From positions 1 through 45,060 of the forward strand of contig JAUVAX010000017.1 in the NCBI GenBank assembly GCA_030591685.1: a stretch of DNA of 45,060 nucleotides, read 5' to 3'. The notes under the pieces were generated by a model. That model ran no database searches. It worked only from the letters and a program-made list of their open reading frames with translations, and was not told the DNA's origin. Origin of the DNA: Pseudobdellovibrionaceae bacterium. GTDB lineage: Bacteria; Bdellovibrionota; Bdellovibrionia; Bdellovibrionales; UBA1609. Position 1 is the first letter of the stretch. Every line of letters starts with the position of its first letter. Shown one piece after another: positions 19,409 to 28,486 of this stretch. The position numbers were made by a program, and so were the translations under genes.

Positions 19409-20083
19409 ATGAGTAGTATTACTGATGCCGGTGAAATTAGAGAGCCTCTTAAAGACCATCTTGTATTTGAAAAAAAGAAGCCCTCAAAAGAAAAAATATT
19501 TGTTGAGTCGGCTAAACTTTTTGCAATCAAGGGGTACTACGGGACGAGTGTTCGAGACATCGCAAAGGCTGCCGGAGTGAATGTGGCGCTCATTAACTAT
19601 CACTTTAAGTCCAAAGAAAATTTATTTATTGAAGTGGCCGGGCATGGCCTTAAAGTTGTTGATGGGGCCATTGCGCAAAGTGCAGGCCTACCAGTGCAAA
19701 AAATTATTGATCGAGTGTATCAGCTCTCTACAGATTTAAATACAACTGGATATTATGTAGCTGTTATATTTAGTATGTTCACAGGTGGCTTTGACCGTAA
19801 AGAGGCTTTTTTAGATTTAATAACTAAAAAAAGAACTCATTTTGAGCAAGTGTTATCGGATGCCATTATAAAAGATTATGACCTACCTGGCTGGACCGAA
19901 GAGGTTTCAAAAGTAGCATGGCAGATTGTTGTGTTTACGACAGCTAACTCCTGTATGCGTTTTGGTACGGGCACAGCTAAAGACACTGGCTATGTGGGCG
20001 AGTTGTTCCCTGATGCTGAAGAAACAACATTAGCTTTAATACAAGATATGGTGACAAGAGTTTGCAGCTCATTAAAAAAATAA
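19409..20083 (+). CDS. TetR/AcrR family transcriptional regulator
   Basis: LFAIKGYYGTSVRDIAKAAGVNVALINYHFKSKENLF HTH; ATG 19409 preceded by AGGAG (ORF open from 19382). Confidence 0.92.
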   Translation: MSSITDAGEIREPLKDHLVFEKKKPSKEKIFVESAKLFAIKGYYGTSVRDIAKAAGVNVALINYHFKSKENLFIEVAGHGLKVVDGAIAQSAGLPVQKIIDRVYQLSTDLNTTGYYVAVIFSMFTGGFDRKEAFLDLITKKRTHFEQVLSDAIIKDYDLPGWTEEVSKVAWQIVVFTTANSCMRFGTGTAKDTGYVGELFPDAEETTLALIQDMVTRVCSSLKK

Positions 20084-20102
20084 CAACCCAATTATTGCTA
20101 AA

Positions 20103-20684
20103 ATGAATACAAGTGAATATACATTTTCTCCCGTAATCCATTTGCCAAGCACTTACCCTGTGTTTGATTTTTCGAACCCTGAGAGTTTAAATTTAACAAC
20201 AACTCATAAGTACGGAGTAGGGCGCTATTTAGAGCCGCGCCCTGGGGTCTACAGCGCTTTGCAGTTTGAGGGCCGAAGTATTCATATGGGCGTAGATATT
20301 CAGGCTCCTTCAGGGACTCCTGTGCATAGTTTTTATGAGGGTACTGTTTGGGGTACTGCGTACAACGGAGAGCCTCAGGACTATGGTTACACCCTTATTA
20401 TTGAGTACTTAATAGAGGGTCAAAAACTATGGGCTCTTTATGGTCACCTAAATAAGGCGAGCATTGAGGACAAAAAAAAGAACCAACAAATAAAAAGCGG
20501 GCAAGTGGTAGCATGGCTAGGTGAAGAGTCTGAAAACGGAGGTTGGCCCCCACACTTACATTTTCAGTTAAGTCTCGTAGAGCCTAAAAAAGTAGATATG
20601 CCCGGAGTGGTAAGTGAAAGTGAACTTGAAAAATCAAAACTCACTTACCCTGACCCTCGGTTGGTGTTAGGTCCTATATATTAA
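20103..20684 (+). CDS. M23 family metallopeptidase domain protein
   Basis: HMGVD, LYGHL, PHLHFQ zinc motifs. Confidence 0.88.
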   Translation: MNTSEYTFSPVIHLPSTYPVFDFSNPESLNLTTTHKYGVGRYLEPRPGVYSALQFEGRSIHMGVDIQAPSGTPVHSFYEGTVWGTAYNGEPQDYGYTLIIEYLIEGQKLWALYGHLNKASIEDKKKNQQIKSGQVVAWLGEESENGGWPPHLHFQLSLVEPKKVDMPGVVSESELEKSKLTYPDPRLVLGPIY

Positions 20685-21154
20685 GGCTGCTTGTAGGGCA
20701 GTACTTGTTCAGCAATAATTTTAAACTGACTTTCGCCCAAACGATGCCGAGAACTTTGAATAAAAAATTGACCTATGACCCAGCTGGGGTTTGAGAGAGT
20801 TGTAAAATCAACCCCCTTTTTAAGTTGAACATAGATGCTTAAGTTGGCCGAGGGCGGCGGTGAATGAATAAACGCTTGAGAGTTAGGGGTGAGTAAAAAC
20901 CCCGCAATAACCTTTTCATTGTTATTTAGTGGCACAATAAACCCAGGGACTTTGACTAACTTTTTATTAAATACTTTTAAGCTCTTAAGGGTTTTTTTGT
21001 TAGTTTTGTCAAAGGGCGCGAGTAACTCCCAACTGAGCTCTAATGGAGTATTTTTTGTTTGGACCTGGTCTTGCCACAAACCAAAATATCGAGCACTGAT
21101 GGCGAGAGTTAAAATACAGGTGAGCCCGATAAAAAAAGCAATTTTATTTTTCAT
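20681..21154 (-). CDS. DUF3299-like protein
   Basis: VKVPGFIVPL, FLLTP, IHSPPP..N..IYV, WVIG; N-terminal TM. Confidence 0.75.
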   Translation of the reverse strand: MKNKIAFFIGLTCILTLAISARYFGLWQDQVQTKNTPLELSWELLAPFDKTNKKTLKSLKVFNKKLVKVPGFIVPLNNNEKVIAGFLLTPNSQAFIHSPPPSANLSIYVQLKKGVDFTTLSNPSWVIGQFFIQSSRHRLGESQFKIIAEQVLPYKQP

Positions 21155-21216
21155 ACACCTTGTTGTACCAGAAACTCTTTAAAGAGGGTATTTTTTATTT
21201 CAAGAGAATTTAATTA

Positions 21217-21630
21217 TTAAATACTCATATTAGGGCAGAGGGCTTTTAAGGTCTCTAGGGCGTGCCTGACAGGCCGAGATGTTTTTTTATAACTTGTTTT
21301 TGGGGGGAAGCCGAATACAAATAAAATCCCATCTCTATGTGCGCTACATATGCGAGTACTCACTTTTACTGTCTTAATGCTCGCAAAGGCCTCTTTAAGT
21401 GAGAGGTAGTATTTGTACTTTTCTCGTGTAGATTTAGTTTTTAATTTAAAGATATATTCTTTTAATTTCTCGACTTCTTTTACTTTTAGAGCCACTGTTT
21501 TTTTATTTTTTATACGGGTTTTGTATTTTTGTAAGGTCGCCTCCACAGTTTTAAGGCTAGTTTCTTTTGCAAAACTAATTAGGCTAAAAGAAAGTATTAT
21601 TAATAAGGTTAGTTTTCGAACCCGTGACAT
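21217..21630 (-). CDS. Small basic secreted hypothetical protein
   Basis: Signal peptide ending ISFA; two Cys; overlaps the end of the upstream gene. Confidence 0.65.
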   Translation of the reverse strand: MSRVRKLTLLIILSFSLISFAKETSLKTVEATLQKYKTRIKNKKTVALKVKEVEKLKEYIFKLKTKSTREKYKYYLSLKEAFASIKTVKVSTRICSAHRDGILFVFGFPPKTSYKKTSRPVRHALETLKALCPNMSI

Positions 21631-23339
21631 CTAAGTCCTCCCTCTCCATTTTTAGCTTTGCCATAGCCCTCCATGTCAAAGCCACCACCTTCAATTAAAA
21701 GTAATTTATCATGTGCCATCATGGAGTAACTCTTCTCACTCGAAGTTACTATTGTCCCCCTCCAAAAACGACCGGCGGCTTTTGACGAGTATTCAAAATC
21801 TTTTTTTGAGACCTTTCCAGGAATGTACTTACCGTTTTTTAAAGCGCCCTCCGACTTTAAGAAACTACAGAGTTCATTTATCGTTTTCCCTGGTCCTCTG
21901 TGGTAAGCAAGCATGGTGAGTTTAGCTTTTAAACCTCGTTTTATTTCTTCAGGTAGGGCTTTTAAATTACACTTCTTATATCCGCCAGTCACCGTTCCCC
22001 TAAGGTGGTTATCCATATAGTATTCAAAAGTTTTATAACCCATAAATCCTAAAAACAAAGACCTTTCAGGGTTGTGTTTTGGGTCAATGAGCGCGCACTT
22101 GTTTTTAACGTTGGCATATTTCTTTAAATCCTCTTTATTTTTAATATGTTTATTGTACTTTTGCCCACATTTTTTTCCTTTAGTGAGCACTTGGGCTACA
22201 TTATTATAAATATCACCCAACTCGCCCGCAGGATTTTTATTTTTATCAAGGTATGTTGCCAGCTGAGCAATTCCAGCACTGGCTCCAAACTTACCCTCTC
22301 TGTTGTACCTGTTAATATGAAACTGTGATTCATAGTTTAAATTAACAAAAATGTTTTCAGCGACGACTTCTAAACATTGAGAGAGCTCGTTAAAAGTATT
22401 TACAATTCTATTATGATAATCATTGTTAACACATGGTGGTTGGTCGTTGGGGACTCCTTTGCAAGTACTATAATTGCCACCAGCAGGGTTAAACTGAGAT
22501 CGTTTAATACATTCAGATATCTGTTGAGGTGAAAGATTGCCAGGCCCTTTAGCATCATTGTTAAAGGGAGTGTTTTCATATTCTTTTATTACAAATTTGT
22601 TTTTGCACGTATTATCGGTCAGTACAGGGGTAAGGGGGGGAGGTTTTGGATCCTCTTCGCAGACGCCATCACAAATTTCTCCCTCAGTAACATCAACACC
22701 AACAATTACAGCATGAGGGGGCACTTTGCCAGTTGTGACGGGGGAAGGGTATTGGCTCTGATCCCCGCCACCGCCCGGAGGAGGATTGACTATTATAGGG
22801 TCTGGTGGAGGATTGACTATTATAGGGTCTGGAGGAGGATTGACTATTATAGGGTCTGGTGGAGGATTGACTATTATAGGGTCTGGATCAGAACCCCCTC
22901 CGCCTCCGGGACGCTTTTTTCTTGGTCTAAAAAGATTAAAGGTACTTCTTAAAAAAGATGAGGATATGTTGGATATTTGCATGCTTTTGTAGGGGTTTGT
23001 AAATGGCGTAAACCCACACGAATTTTGATAAGTTAAGCTCAGATTAACATTCACAAGTGTGGGGCTTGGAACATTATTTACCCGAGGGTTTATGGGGTAA
23101 GGGCAGTACGCCCCATTTGGTGTGTTCGTGCCCGGAAAGTTCATATAACGTGGCTGATTCATCTGAGGGTAAAAGTACGAGGCGGGCTGTCTATCGGTCT
23201 TGGCAACTTGTAAAACATACGATACGTCATTAGCGTTGTTGCTTGAATTTTCGCCGCTATGTTGAACACTTGCGTGATCACTACACGCCATAAAGCTAAA
23301 AGCTATTAAACTACATAAAAGTACCAGAGGCTTTCTCAT
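21609..23339 (-). CDS. Lipoprotein with a Pro-rich linker and C-terminal lytic transglycosylase (SLT)-like domain
   Basis: Lipobox FMAC; NYESQF (catalytic Glu-Ser), AGIAQL, LAYHRGPG match the lysozyme-fold SLT motifs. Confidence 0.7.
   Translation of the reverse strand: MRKPLVLLCSLIAFSFMACSDHASVQHSGENSSNNANDVSYVLQVAKTDRQPASYFYPQMNQPRYMNFPGTNTPNGAYCPYPINPRVNNVPSPTLVNVNLSLTYQNSCGFTPFTNPYKSMQISNISSSFLRSTFNLFRPRKKRPGGGGGSDPDPIIVNPPPDPIIVNPPPDPIIVNPPPDPIIVNPPPGGGGDQSQYPSPVTTGKVPPHAVIVGVDVTEGEICDGVCEEDPKPPPLTPVLTDNTCKNKFVIKEYENTPFNNDAKGPGNLSPQQISECIKRSQFNPAGGNYSTCKGVPNDQPPCVNNDYHNRIVNTFNELSQCLEVVAENIFVNLNYESQFHINRYNREGKFGASAGIAQLATYLDKNKNPAGELGDIYNNVAQVLTKGKKCGQKYNKHIKNKEDLKKYANVKNKCALIDPKHNPERSLFLGFMGYKTFEYYMDNHLRGTVTGGYKKCNLKALPEEIKRGLKAKLTMLAYHRGPGKTINELCSFLKSEGALKNGKYIPGKVSKKDFEYSSKAAGRFWRGTIVTSSEKSYSMMAHDKLLLIEGGGFDMEGYGKAKNGEGGLRCHGFEN
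22777..22884. repeat. 4 x 27-bp coding tandem repeat (DPIIVNPPP)
   Basis: Unit GG[A/T]GGAGGATTGACTATTATAGGGTCT; third base alternates A,T,A,T. Confidence 0.97.
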
Positions 23340-23586
23340 GGAGACTTTATCGGTACAACAGAGTGGTGAAATTATTTTATTTTAATGGGCAGGTCCTTTT
23401 TTAGAGAGATTTTAAACCTTTAATGCCTCATTTTGAGATACTTTGATTAAGAAAGGCCAAAGGCTTTCGTTTTTACCAGTAAAAGTAGTTTTAACTTTTA
23501 TAGGTCGGTTCATATTGGCCGCTGTTTGGTGCTAAAGCCCTGAGAGTTAAAAAACAGCCCTTAGACTAACGTGGACTCGTGGCTCA

Positions 23587-24087
23587 CTAAATATCCGGAA
23601 AGCAACTCTCCACCTGAGCGCTTGAGGCCTGAAAGGCAATGGCTCCAAGCTCCTTTAAGTACAGCTCAAACACTTGCTCTTTAGAGTACTTAGGGTAAAG
23701 CTCCTCAAGGTGTGCGAGTAGCTCAGATTCAGCCTTTTTTATAATTTTACCAAAATAGGAGTCTTTGTTTTTTTCTAAGTAATAGAGCACAAAAATATAA
23801 GGCATATGTACAAGGTCTGATAAAATCTTTTTTAACCTTTCATGCAGGCCCATTTTACTATTGGGGTCTGAGTTAAAAAAAATACCCACCATGTACCGGT
23901 AGGAGTGCTCCAAAATATCATCTTTATCTTTACCAAAATAATAGTAAATTAATGAGCGTGTGATACCTGAAAACCGTGAAAGGTCACTGACTGTCCATTT
24001 AAGGTGCCCACGGTTGACCTCAAGTCGCAACACAGCATTACATACTGAAAAGTAAACTTCGTCTTTGTTTTTGGTTCGTTTGCTCAT
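23587..24087 (-). CDS. TetR-like transcriptional regulator
   Basis: WTVSDLSRFSGITRSLIYYYFGKDKDDIL HTH; divergent from the GH3 operon. Confidence 0.85.
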   Translation of the reverse strand: MSKRTKNKDEVYFSVCNAVLRLEVNRGHLKWTVSDLSRFSGITRSLIYYYFGKDKDDILEHSYRYMVGIFFNSDPNSKMGLHERLKKILSDLVHMPYIFVLYYLEKNKDSYFGKIIKKAESELLAHLEELYPKYSKEQVFELYLKELGAIAFQASSAQVESCFPDI

Positions 24088-24131
24088 TTAATCCCTTTTA
24101 AACACATATTTGAACAGTAACCCTTACATTC

Positions 24132-24178
24132 TGTCAAAAACAAATATACTTTTGACAAGTTCTCAACGAGGGTGTCAA
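24132..24178. promoter_or_regulatory. Candidate operator inverted repeats in the tetR/GH3 divergent region
   Basis: TGTCAAAA-N10-TTTTGACA (24132-24157) and TTGACA-N15-TGTCAA (24152-24178). Confidence 0.5.
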
Positions 24179-24249
24179 CGATCTGCAATGACTTGGCCAT
24201 TAGGCTCACGTACAACAAAGTATATCAATTTTTAAATGGGGGGGAACAC

Positions 24250-25776
24250 ATGTTAGAACAAGTCACTCGACATATCGGAGAGAGGTATTTAGCCAAAGTT
24301 TTTTCAGATGGTCAACTTGACCAATCAGCCACTCAACGGGCTCAAGAAAAAAACTTTCAATATTTAAAAAGAAAACTTAAAGGTACTAAAATCTATGAGG
24401 ATTTAAAGTTAAACTTAATTTTTTCGTACAATGAGTTTGTAAAACATGTGCCAGTAAAAGATTACACTTTTTATAAGCCCTACGTTGACGAAGTTTTAGA
24501 GGGCAAACCAAATATTCTATTTAAAGATAAAATCGAGTACATCGGACTTACATCAGGTACAAGCGGTCAAAACAGTAAAAAAATACCCTATAACGAAAAA
24601 ATGATCTCGTGCTTTTTAAGTGCCCAAAGGCGAGTGGCCAGTGTTATTAACGTCAACGAAGTAGATGTGGACATAATTTCAGCTGACAGGTTAGCCTTTG
24701 GCTCTTCGCCTGTATGTTATGAAGAGAACAGCTTAAAGCATGGCTACATTTCAGGGATTTTAAGCAGTCGCGCCCCAAGGTTATTAAAAAAGCATTGCTA
24801 CCCCTCTGAAGAGACACTCAATATACCTGATTGGGACTCTAAAATTAACGAGGTCATGAAGGAAACTCTAGATAAGGACATTCAGGTTGTCAGCGGCATA
24901 CCGACTTATATTATTAGTGTGTTCGAGGCTATCCTAGAAAAAACAGGTGCCCGTCAAATTTGTGAGATCTGGCCTAACATGAAGGTGTTTATTTATGCAG
25001 CAACACCTATTAAGCAATATGAATCTAGAATTAATGAGCTCGTTGGTCGTCAATTAAGTTACTATGGGTTGTACGCGTCGACAGAGGCCCCAATTGGTAT
25101 TCCATCATCAAAGTTTAAAAATGGGGCTCAATCTTATACCCTTAATCCTGATTTATTATACACCTTTGCCCCTGTAGATGACGACAAAGAAAACCTGGGT
25201 GTTCAAGACCTTAAAACTGACAACACTTATTATGTGAACATTGGTTGCCATAATGGTTTTGTACACTATGCGATGAAGGACATAATAAAAATTCAACAGA
25301 CCGAAGGGCAAATTTTATTTGATATTATTGGACGAAAAAATACAGGCATTAATGTGGCTGCTGAAAAGGTGTCTGATGAAAACCTGTTAAACACAGTATT
25401 TCAAACAAAAAAAGATACAAATACAGATATAAGGCATTTCTTTGTAGCTCCAAATACTTCGGGTACAAAAGCTAATTATCAATGGAGCTTATTTGTGCCA
25501 AATCCCAGTGACAAATTGGCCGAGCAGCTATCAAAGGCCTTAGACTTAGCCCTTTGCAATATTAACTTAGATTATAAAGACTGCCGTGATGACGGAGTGA
25601 TAGACGCAGCCACTGTTGTTTTGCACAAGCCTGAGGTGTTGAACCCTTACTTTGAGGCCAACAGGTCTAAAGGGCAATTTAAACCCAAGACTTCTTTTTT
25701 GTCAGAAGAGGAGTTCAATAGTTTTTGGGCTTTAAATTTTGAGGCCAAAAGGCCTCATGGGGAGCTGCTACAATGA
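24250..25776 (+). CDS. GH3 family acyl-acid amido synthetase
   Basis: VPVKDY, GLTSGTSGQNSKKIP, GYISGI, SGIPTY, EIWPNM, YASTE, YAMKDII..IIGR, DYKDCR..GQFK; ATG 24250 after a G7 RBS. Confidence 0.88.
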   Translation: MLEQVTRHIGERYLAKVFSDGQLDQSATQRAQEKNFQYLKRKLKGTKIYEDLKLNLIFSYNEFVKHVPVKDYTFYKPYVDEVLEGKPNILFKDKIEYIGLTSGTSGQNSKKIPYNEKMISCFLSAQRRVASVINVNEVDVDIISADRLAFGSSPVCYEENSLKHGYISGILSSRAPRLLKKHCYPSEETLNIPDWDSKINEVMKETLDKDIQVVSGIPTYIISVFEAILEKTGARQICEIWPNMKVFIYAATPIKQYESRINELVGRQLSYYGLYASTEAPIGIPSSKFKNGAQSYTLNPDLLYTFAPVDDDKENLGVQDLKTDNTYYVNIGCHNGFVHYAMKDIIKIQQTEGQILFDIIGRKNTGINVAAEKVSDENLLNTVFQTKKDTNTDIRHFFVAPNTSGTKANYQWSLFVPNPSDKLAEQLSKALDLALCNINLDYKDCRDDGVIDAATVVLHKPEVLNPYFEANRSKGQFKPKTSFLSEEEFNSFWALNFEAKRPHGELLQ

Positions 25777-26372
25777 ACCCTATAAACTTATTTTTTCTGG
25801 GTGTATTGGCCACTTTACCCATGGGACCTGCGGGTTTTAATGTGGCTTCAAGTTGTGTCAAAAAGCAGGAGTTCCCTAAAAGAGCGTTCACAGGATTTTT
25901 AGTTGCCGAAATGGTTTATTTAATGCTGGCCTTTATGCTTAAAGACCTGTTTTTAGCTGAGATTGTTTTTTGGAAACTTGTGACTTCAATAATTGCAGGA
26001 TTATTCATTACTCTGTTTGGGGTTTACATAATTCAAAAAAAGAAAAGAAAAGACTCAGAGCTGCCTACGCCGGCATCCGGGTTTAAAAAAAGCTTTTTAA
26101 TCACTCTTAGTAACCCAAGTATTTTAATTTTGCATTTAACAATTATTTTACAGGTGCAACATCTTCAGGCTATGAGCCAGGTCACATTAGTGGGTAGTTT
26201 TTTATTAGGTGGCGTTTGTGCATTGCTGTTTATCATTGCCGTGCTGTTGTATCAAAAAAAGTTTTTTTTCGAATACGGGGCACGTATTGAAAAAATATGT
26301 GGGTGGCTCTTGTTTTTTATGGGGTCAGGTTTGTTAATTATTCAAATACAAAAAGTCATTGCAGGGGTATAA
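25773..26372 (+). CDS. LysE/RhtB family exporter
   Basis: PMGPAG in TM1, FKKSFLITLSNP, several hydrophobic segments; ATGA overlap with GH3. Confidence 0.85.
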   Translation: MNPINLFFLGVLATLPMGPAGFNVASSCVKKQEFPKRAFTGFLVAEMVYLMLAFMLKDLFLAEIVFWKLVTSIIAGLFITLFGVYIIQKKKRKDSELPTPASGFKKSFLITLSNPSILILHLTIILQVQHLQAMSQVTLVGSFLLGGVCALLFIIAVLLYQKKFFFEYGARIEKICGWLLFFMGSGLLIIQIQKVIAGV

Positions 26373-26374
26373 AA

Positions 26375-28423
26375 ATGAAAAAGTTAGTTTTAATTATGGT
26401 TTGTTTAAGTGCGCAGTTTAGTTTTGCAAACATTGAAAATAATAACTGTCAATTGACCCGATCAAAAGATGGCCAAAAGCTTTATAAGTGTTCAATGCTT
26501 GGTGGGGCTAAGGATATAAATATACTTCACGTTAAAGGAGATATTGTTAAGACCGCCTATTACCACGGGTTATTTTTGTCTAGTGAAATTGACAGAGCTT
26601 TATTTAAGGGCGTTTTTGATAAAAAATCACGAGCGGTAAAATCCCTTAACAAAAAACAGCGCAAGCAGTTTGAAAGTCTTAATAGTTGTTTATTAGCTCA
26701 TTATAAAAAAAACACTTCTAGCCAGTTTATTAAAATGAATAAAAACCTAGTTCGAGGCATGAGAGATGCCGGCAACACAACCATTAGTGAAAAGAACTTT
26801 ATAGAGGCTAATTATTTAGTTGAAACTTCAATTTACTTTGATGCTTTAGAAAAAAAAATGACAAAAAGCCCCGCCAAAGCTAAGGCCGAGTTATTGGCTC
26901 GCTGTGGGCCTCGGTTTGTTGTTAAAGGTATATTTGGGATATTGAAAAAGATTTCAAAGCCCTTTAAAGAGTTAAAAATGGGCTGCACAGGTGTTGCCGC
27001 TTCGGCCCCAATGACAAGTGATGGGGGGTTAGTTTTAGGCCGTAATTTTGACACTGGCCTTTTAGGTTACTTTGAAAAAGAGCACCTTATACTCATCCAT
27101 GATTTACCTAATAAAACAAGAGTGGTTGGCTTTGCAAGTGCCGGGCTTCATTACGCCGCAGGAGTGAGTGGTTTTAACTCTCATGGTTTAGTCGCCTCAC
27201 TGCATGAGCTACAAACAGAAGCGGTAACAACGGGCGCTCGAACGGTCTGCAAACGTGGTGGGTGTAGGAATGGATCAAAAAGGATTAAAACAGAGGTGAC
27301 CCCCTATTTACTACACCGGGTACTTATGGAGGCTAAAACTTTAGACCAAGCCATTAGCCTTATTAAAAGCACAAGGGGCCTGGGTGCATGGACTATTTTA
27401 ATAGCAGATAGTAAGACCAATGAAATTGCCTCTATTGAAATTTCAGGTAAAAAAGTAGCTGTAGCCAGACGGGTTAGAAACTCTCATATGGCTCAAAGTA
27501 ATCATTTTTTTAGTAAAGTAGGTAAAAAGCATGGTTATGAATATAGTTTAAATAAAACCCTTGAGACCCGTGGGCGGTTAAATCATGTAAAAAGTAATTT
27601 GCAAGCTTCAGAGGGGCGAGTGGATTACCAATGGGTGATTGATATGCTTTCAGGGCACACTGATGATTATGTAGGCCCAAGGTCGTTTGGTCGCACAACG
27701 ACAAAGGTATATACAGCGGTGACGCATGTTATGGTCCCTCAGCGTAATGAGGCCTGGATGAGTTTAGGGGAGTCCTACCCCACCACCTCATCTACATTTT
27801 TTGGAATAAGGTTTAACACCGACAAAGAAGTACCCTTTGAGTTGATTGGCACAACAAAAGCTGCAAAATTTGAGGGGCGAGACAACTGGTACCGATCCCT
27901 AAAGTACTACGTGAGAGCTTATATTAACCAACAGTCGGCGAATATAAATCCCTCTTTAAATATGTCTGTAATTGAAAATCTAAACTTAGCTATTCAGTGG
28001 TCTTTAAAAGATAATATTGTCGAAATGCCTTATTACTTTATGCGAGCGCGCATGCGGGCTCAAATGTCGGCTTTAAGCCATTTTGAGAAAAACGATACAT
28101 TAGCTCGGCAGCAGTTATTAAGTGCTCAAAGTGACTGGTTATTTTTGTTAAAAAGCCTACAGCAGGGTCGTGTACAGCTGCACCCTTATCAAGAGTCTTT
28201 AGTGCACCTTTGGCTTTACCGTACAAGTGAACTGTTAACACAATTAGGAGCTACAGGGGTGAGCCCAGGGCCCCATTATAAAGCGGCTACAGAGGGTTTT
28301 AAAGCTTTAAAAATGGATCATAAAAAGCATTTTTACTTTAATGAACTTATAAGGACCCTGCGTCGCCCTTATACTTTTAACCAAGCTAAGAATGATGAGA
28401 TTCATTTTGGTACTGTCGAATAA
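26375..28423 (+). CDS. Secreted C45-family / NAAA-like Ntn hydrolase (autoproteolytic amidase or acyltransferase)
   Basis: Signal peptide MKKLVLIMVCLSAQFSFA; G|CTG autocleavage site (Cys at 26984), GRNFD, GVSGFNSHGL, QSNHF; ATG 26375 two nt after the LysE stop. Confidence 0.85.
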   Translation: MKKLVLIMVCLSAQFSFANIENNNCQLTRSKDGQKLYKCSMLGGAKDINILHVKGDIVKTAYYHGLFLSSEIDRALFKGVFDKKSRAVKSLNKKQRKQFESLNSCLLAHYKKNTSSQFIKMNKNLVRGMRDAGNTTISEKNFIEANYLVETSIYFDALEKKMTKSPAKAKAELLARCGPRFVVKGIFGILKKISKPFKELKMGCTGVAASAPMTSDGGLVLGRNFDTGLLGYFEKEHLILIHDLPNKTRVVGFASAGLHYAAGVSGFNSHGLVASLHELQTEAVTTGARTVCKRGGCRNGSKRIKTEVTPYLLHRVLMEAKTLDQAISLIKSTRGLGAWTILIADSKTNEIASIEISGKKVAVARRVRNSHMAQSNHFFSKVGKKHGYEYSLNKTLETRGRLNHVKSNLQASEGRVDYQWVIDMLSGHTDDYVGPRSFGRTTTKVYTAVTHVMVPQRNEAWMSLGESYPTTSSTFFGIRFNTDKEVPFELIGTTKAAKFEGRDNWYRSLKYYVRAYINQQSANINPSLNMSVIENLNLAIQWSLKDNIVEMPYYFMRARMRAQMSALSHFEKNDTLARQQLLSAQSDWLFLLKSLQQGRVQLHPYQESLVHLWLYRTSELLTQLGATGVSPGPHYKAATEGFKALKMDHKKHFYFNELIRTLRRPYTFNQAKNDEIHFGTVE

Positions 28424-28456
28424 CTTGCAAAATTGATAAGAGTTGATTAACAATGA

Positions 28457-28486
28457 GCCCCTGATTTTACTTTTAGGGGTTTTTTT
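28457..28486 (+). terminator. Intrinsic terminator-like hairpin after the C45 gene
   Basis: CCCCTGA-loop-TTAGGGG followed by T7. Confidence 0.5.

Noticed and set aside
22777..22884. CRISPR-like repeat
   Set aside because: No spacers; in-frame coding tandem repeat; no cas genes
3552..28423. Idea that NlpC/P60 (PLAAT-like), PLD and the NAAA-like C45 form one N-acylethanolamine pathway
   Set aside because: The operons are about 18 kb apart with unrelated genes between; analogy only
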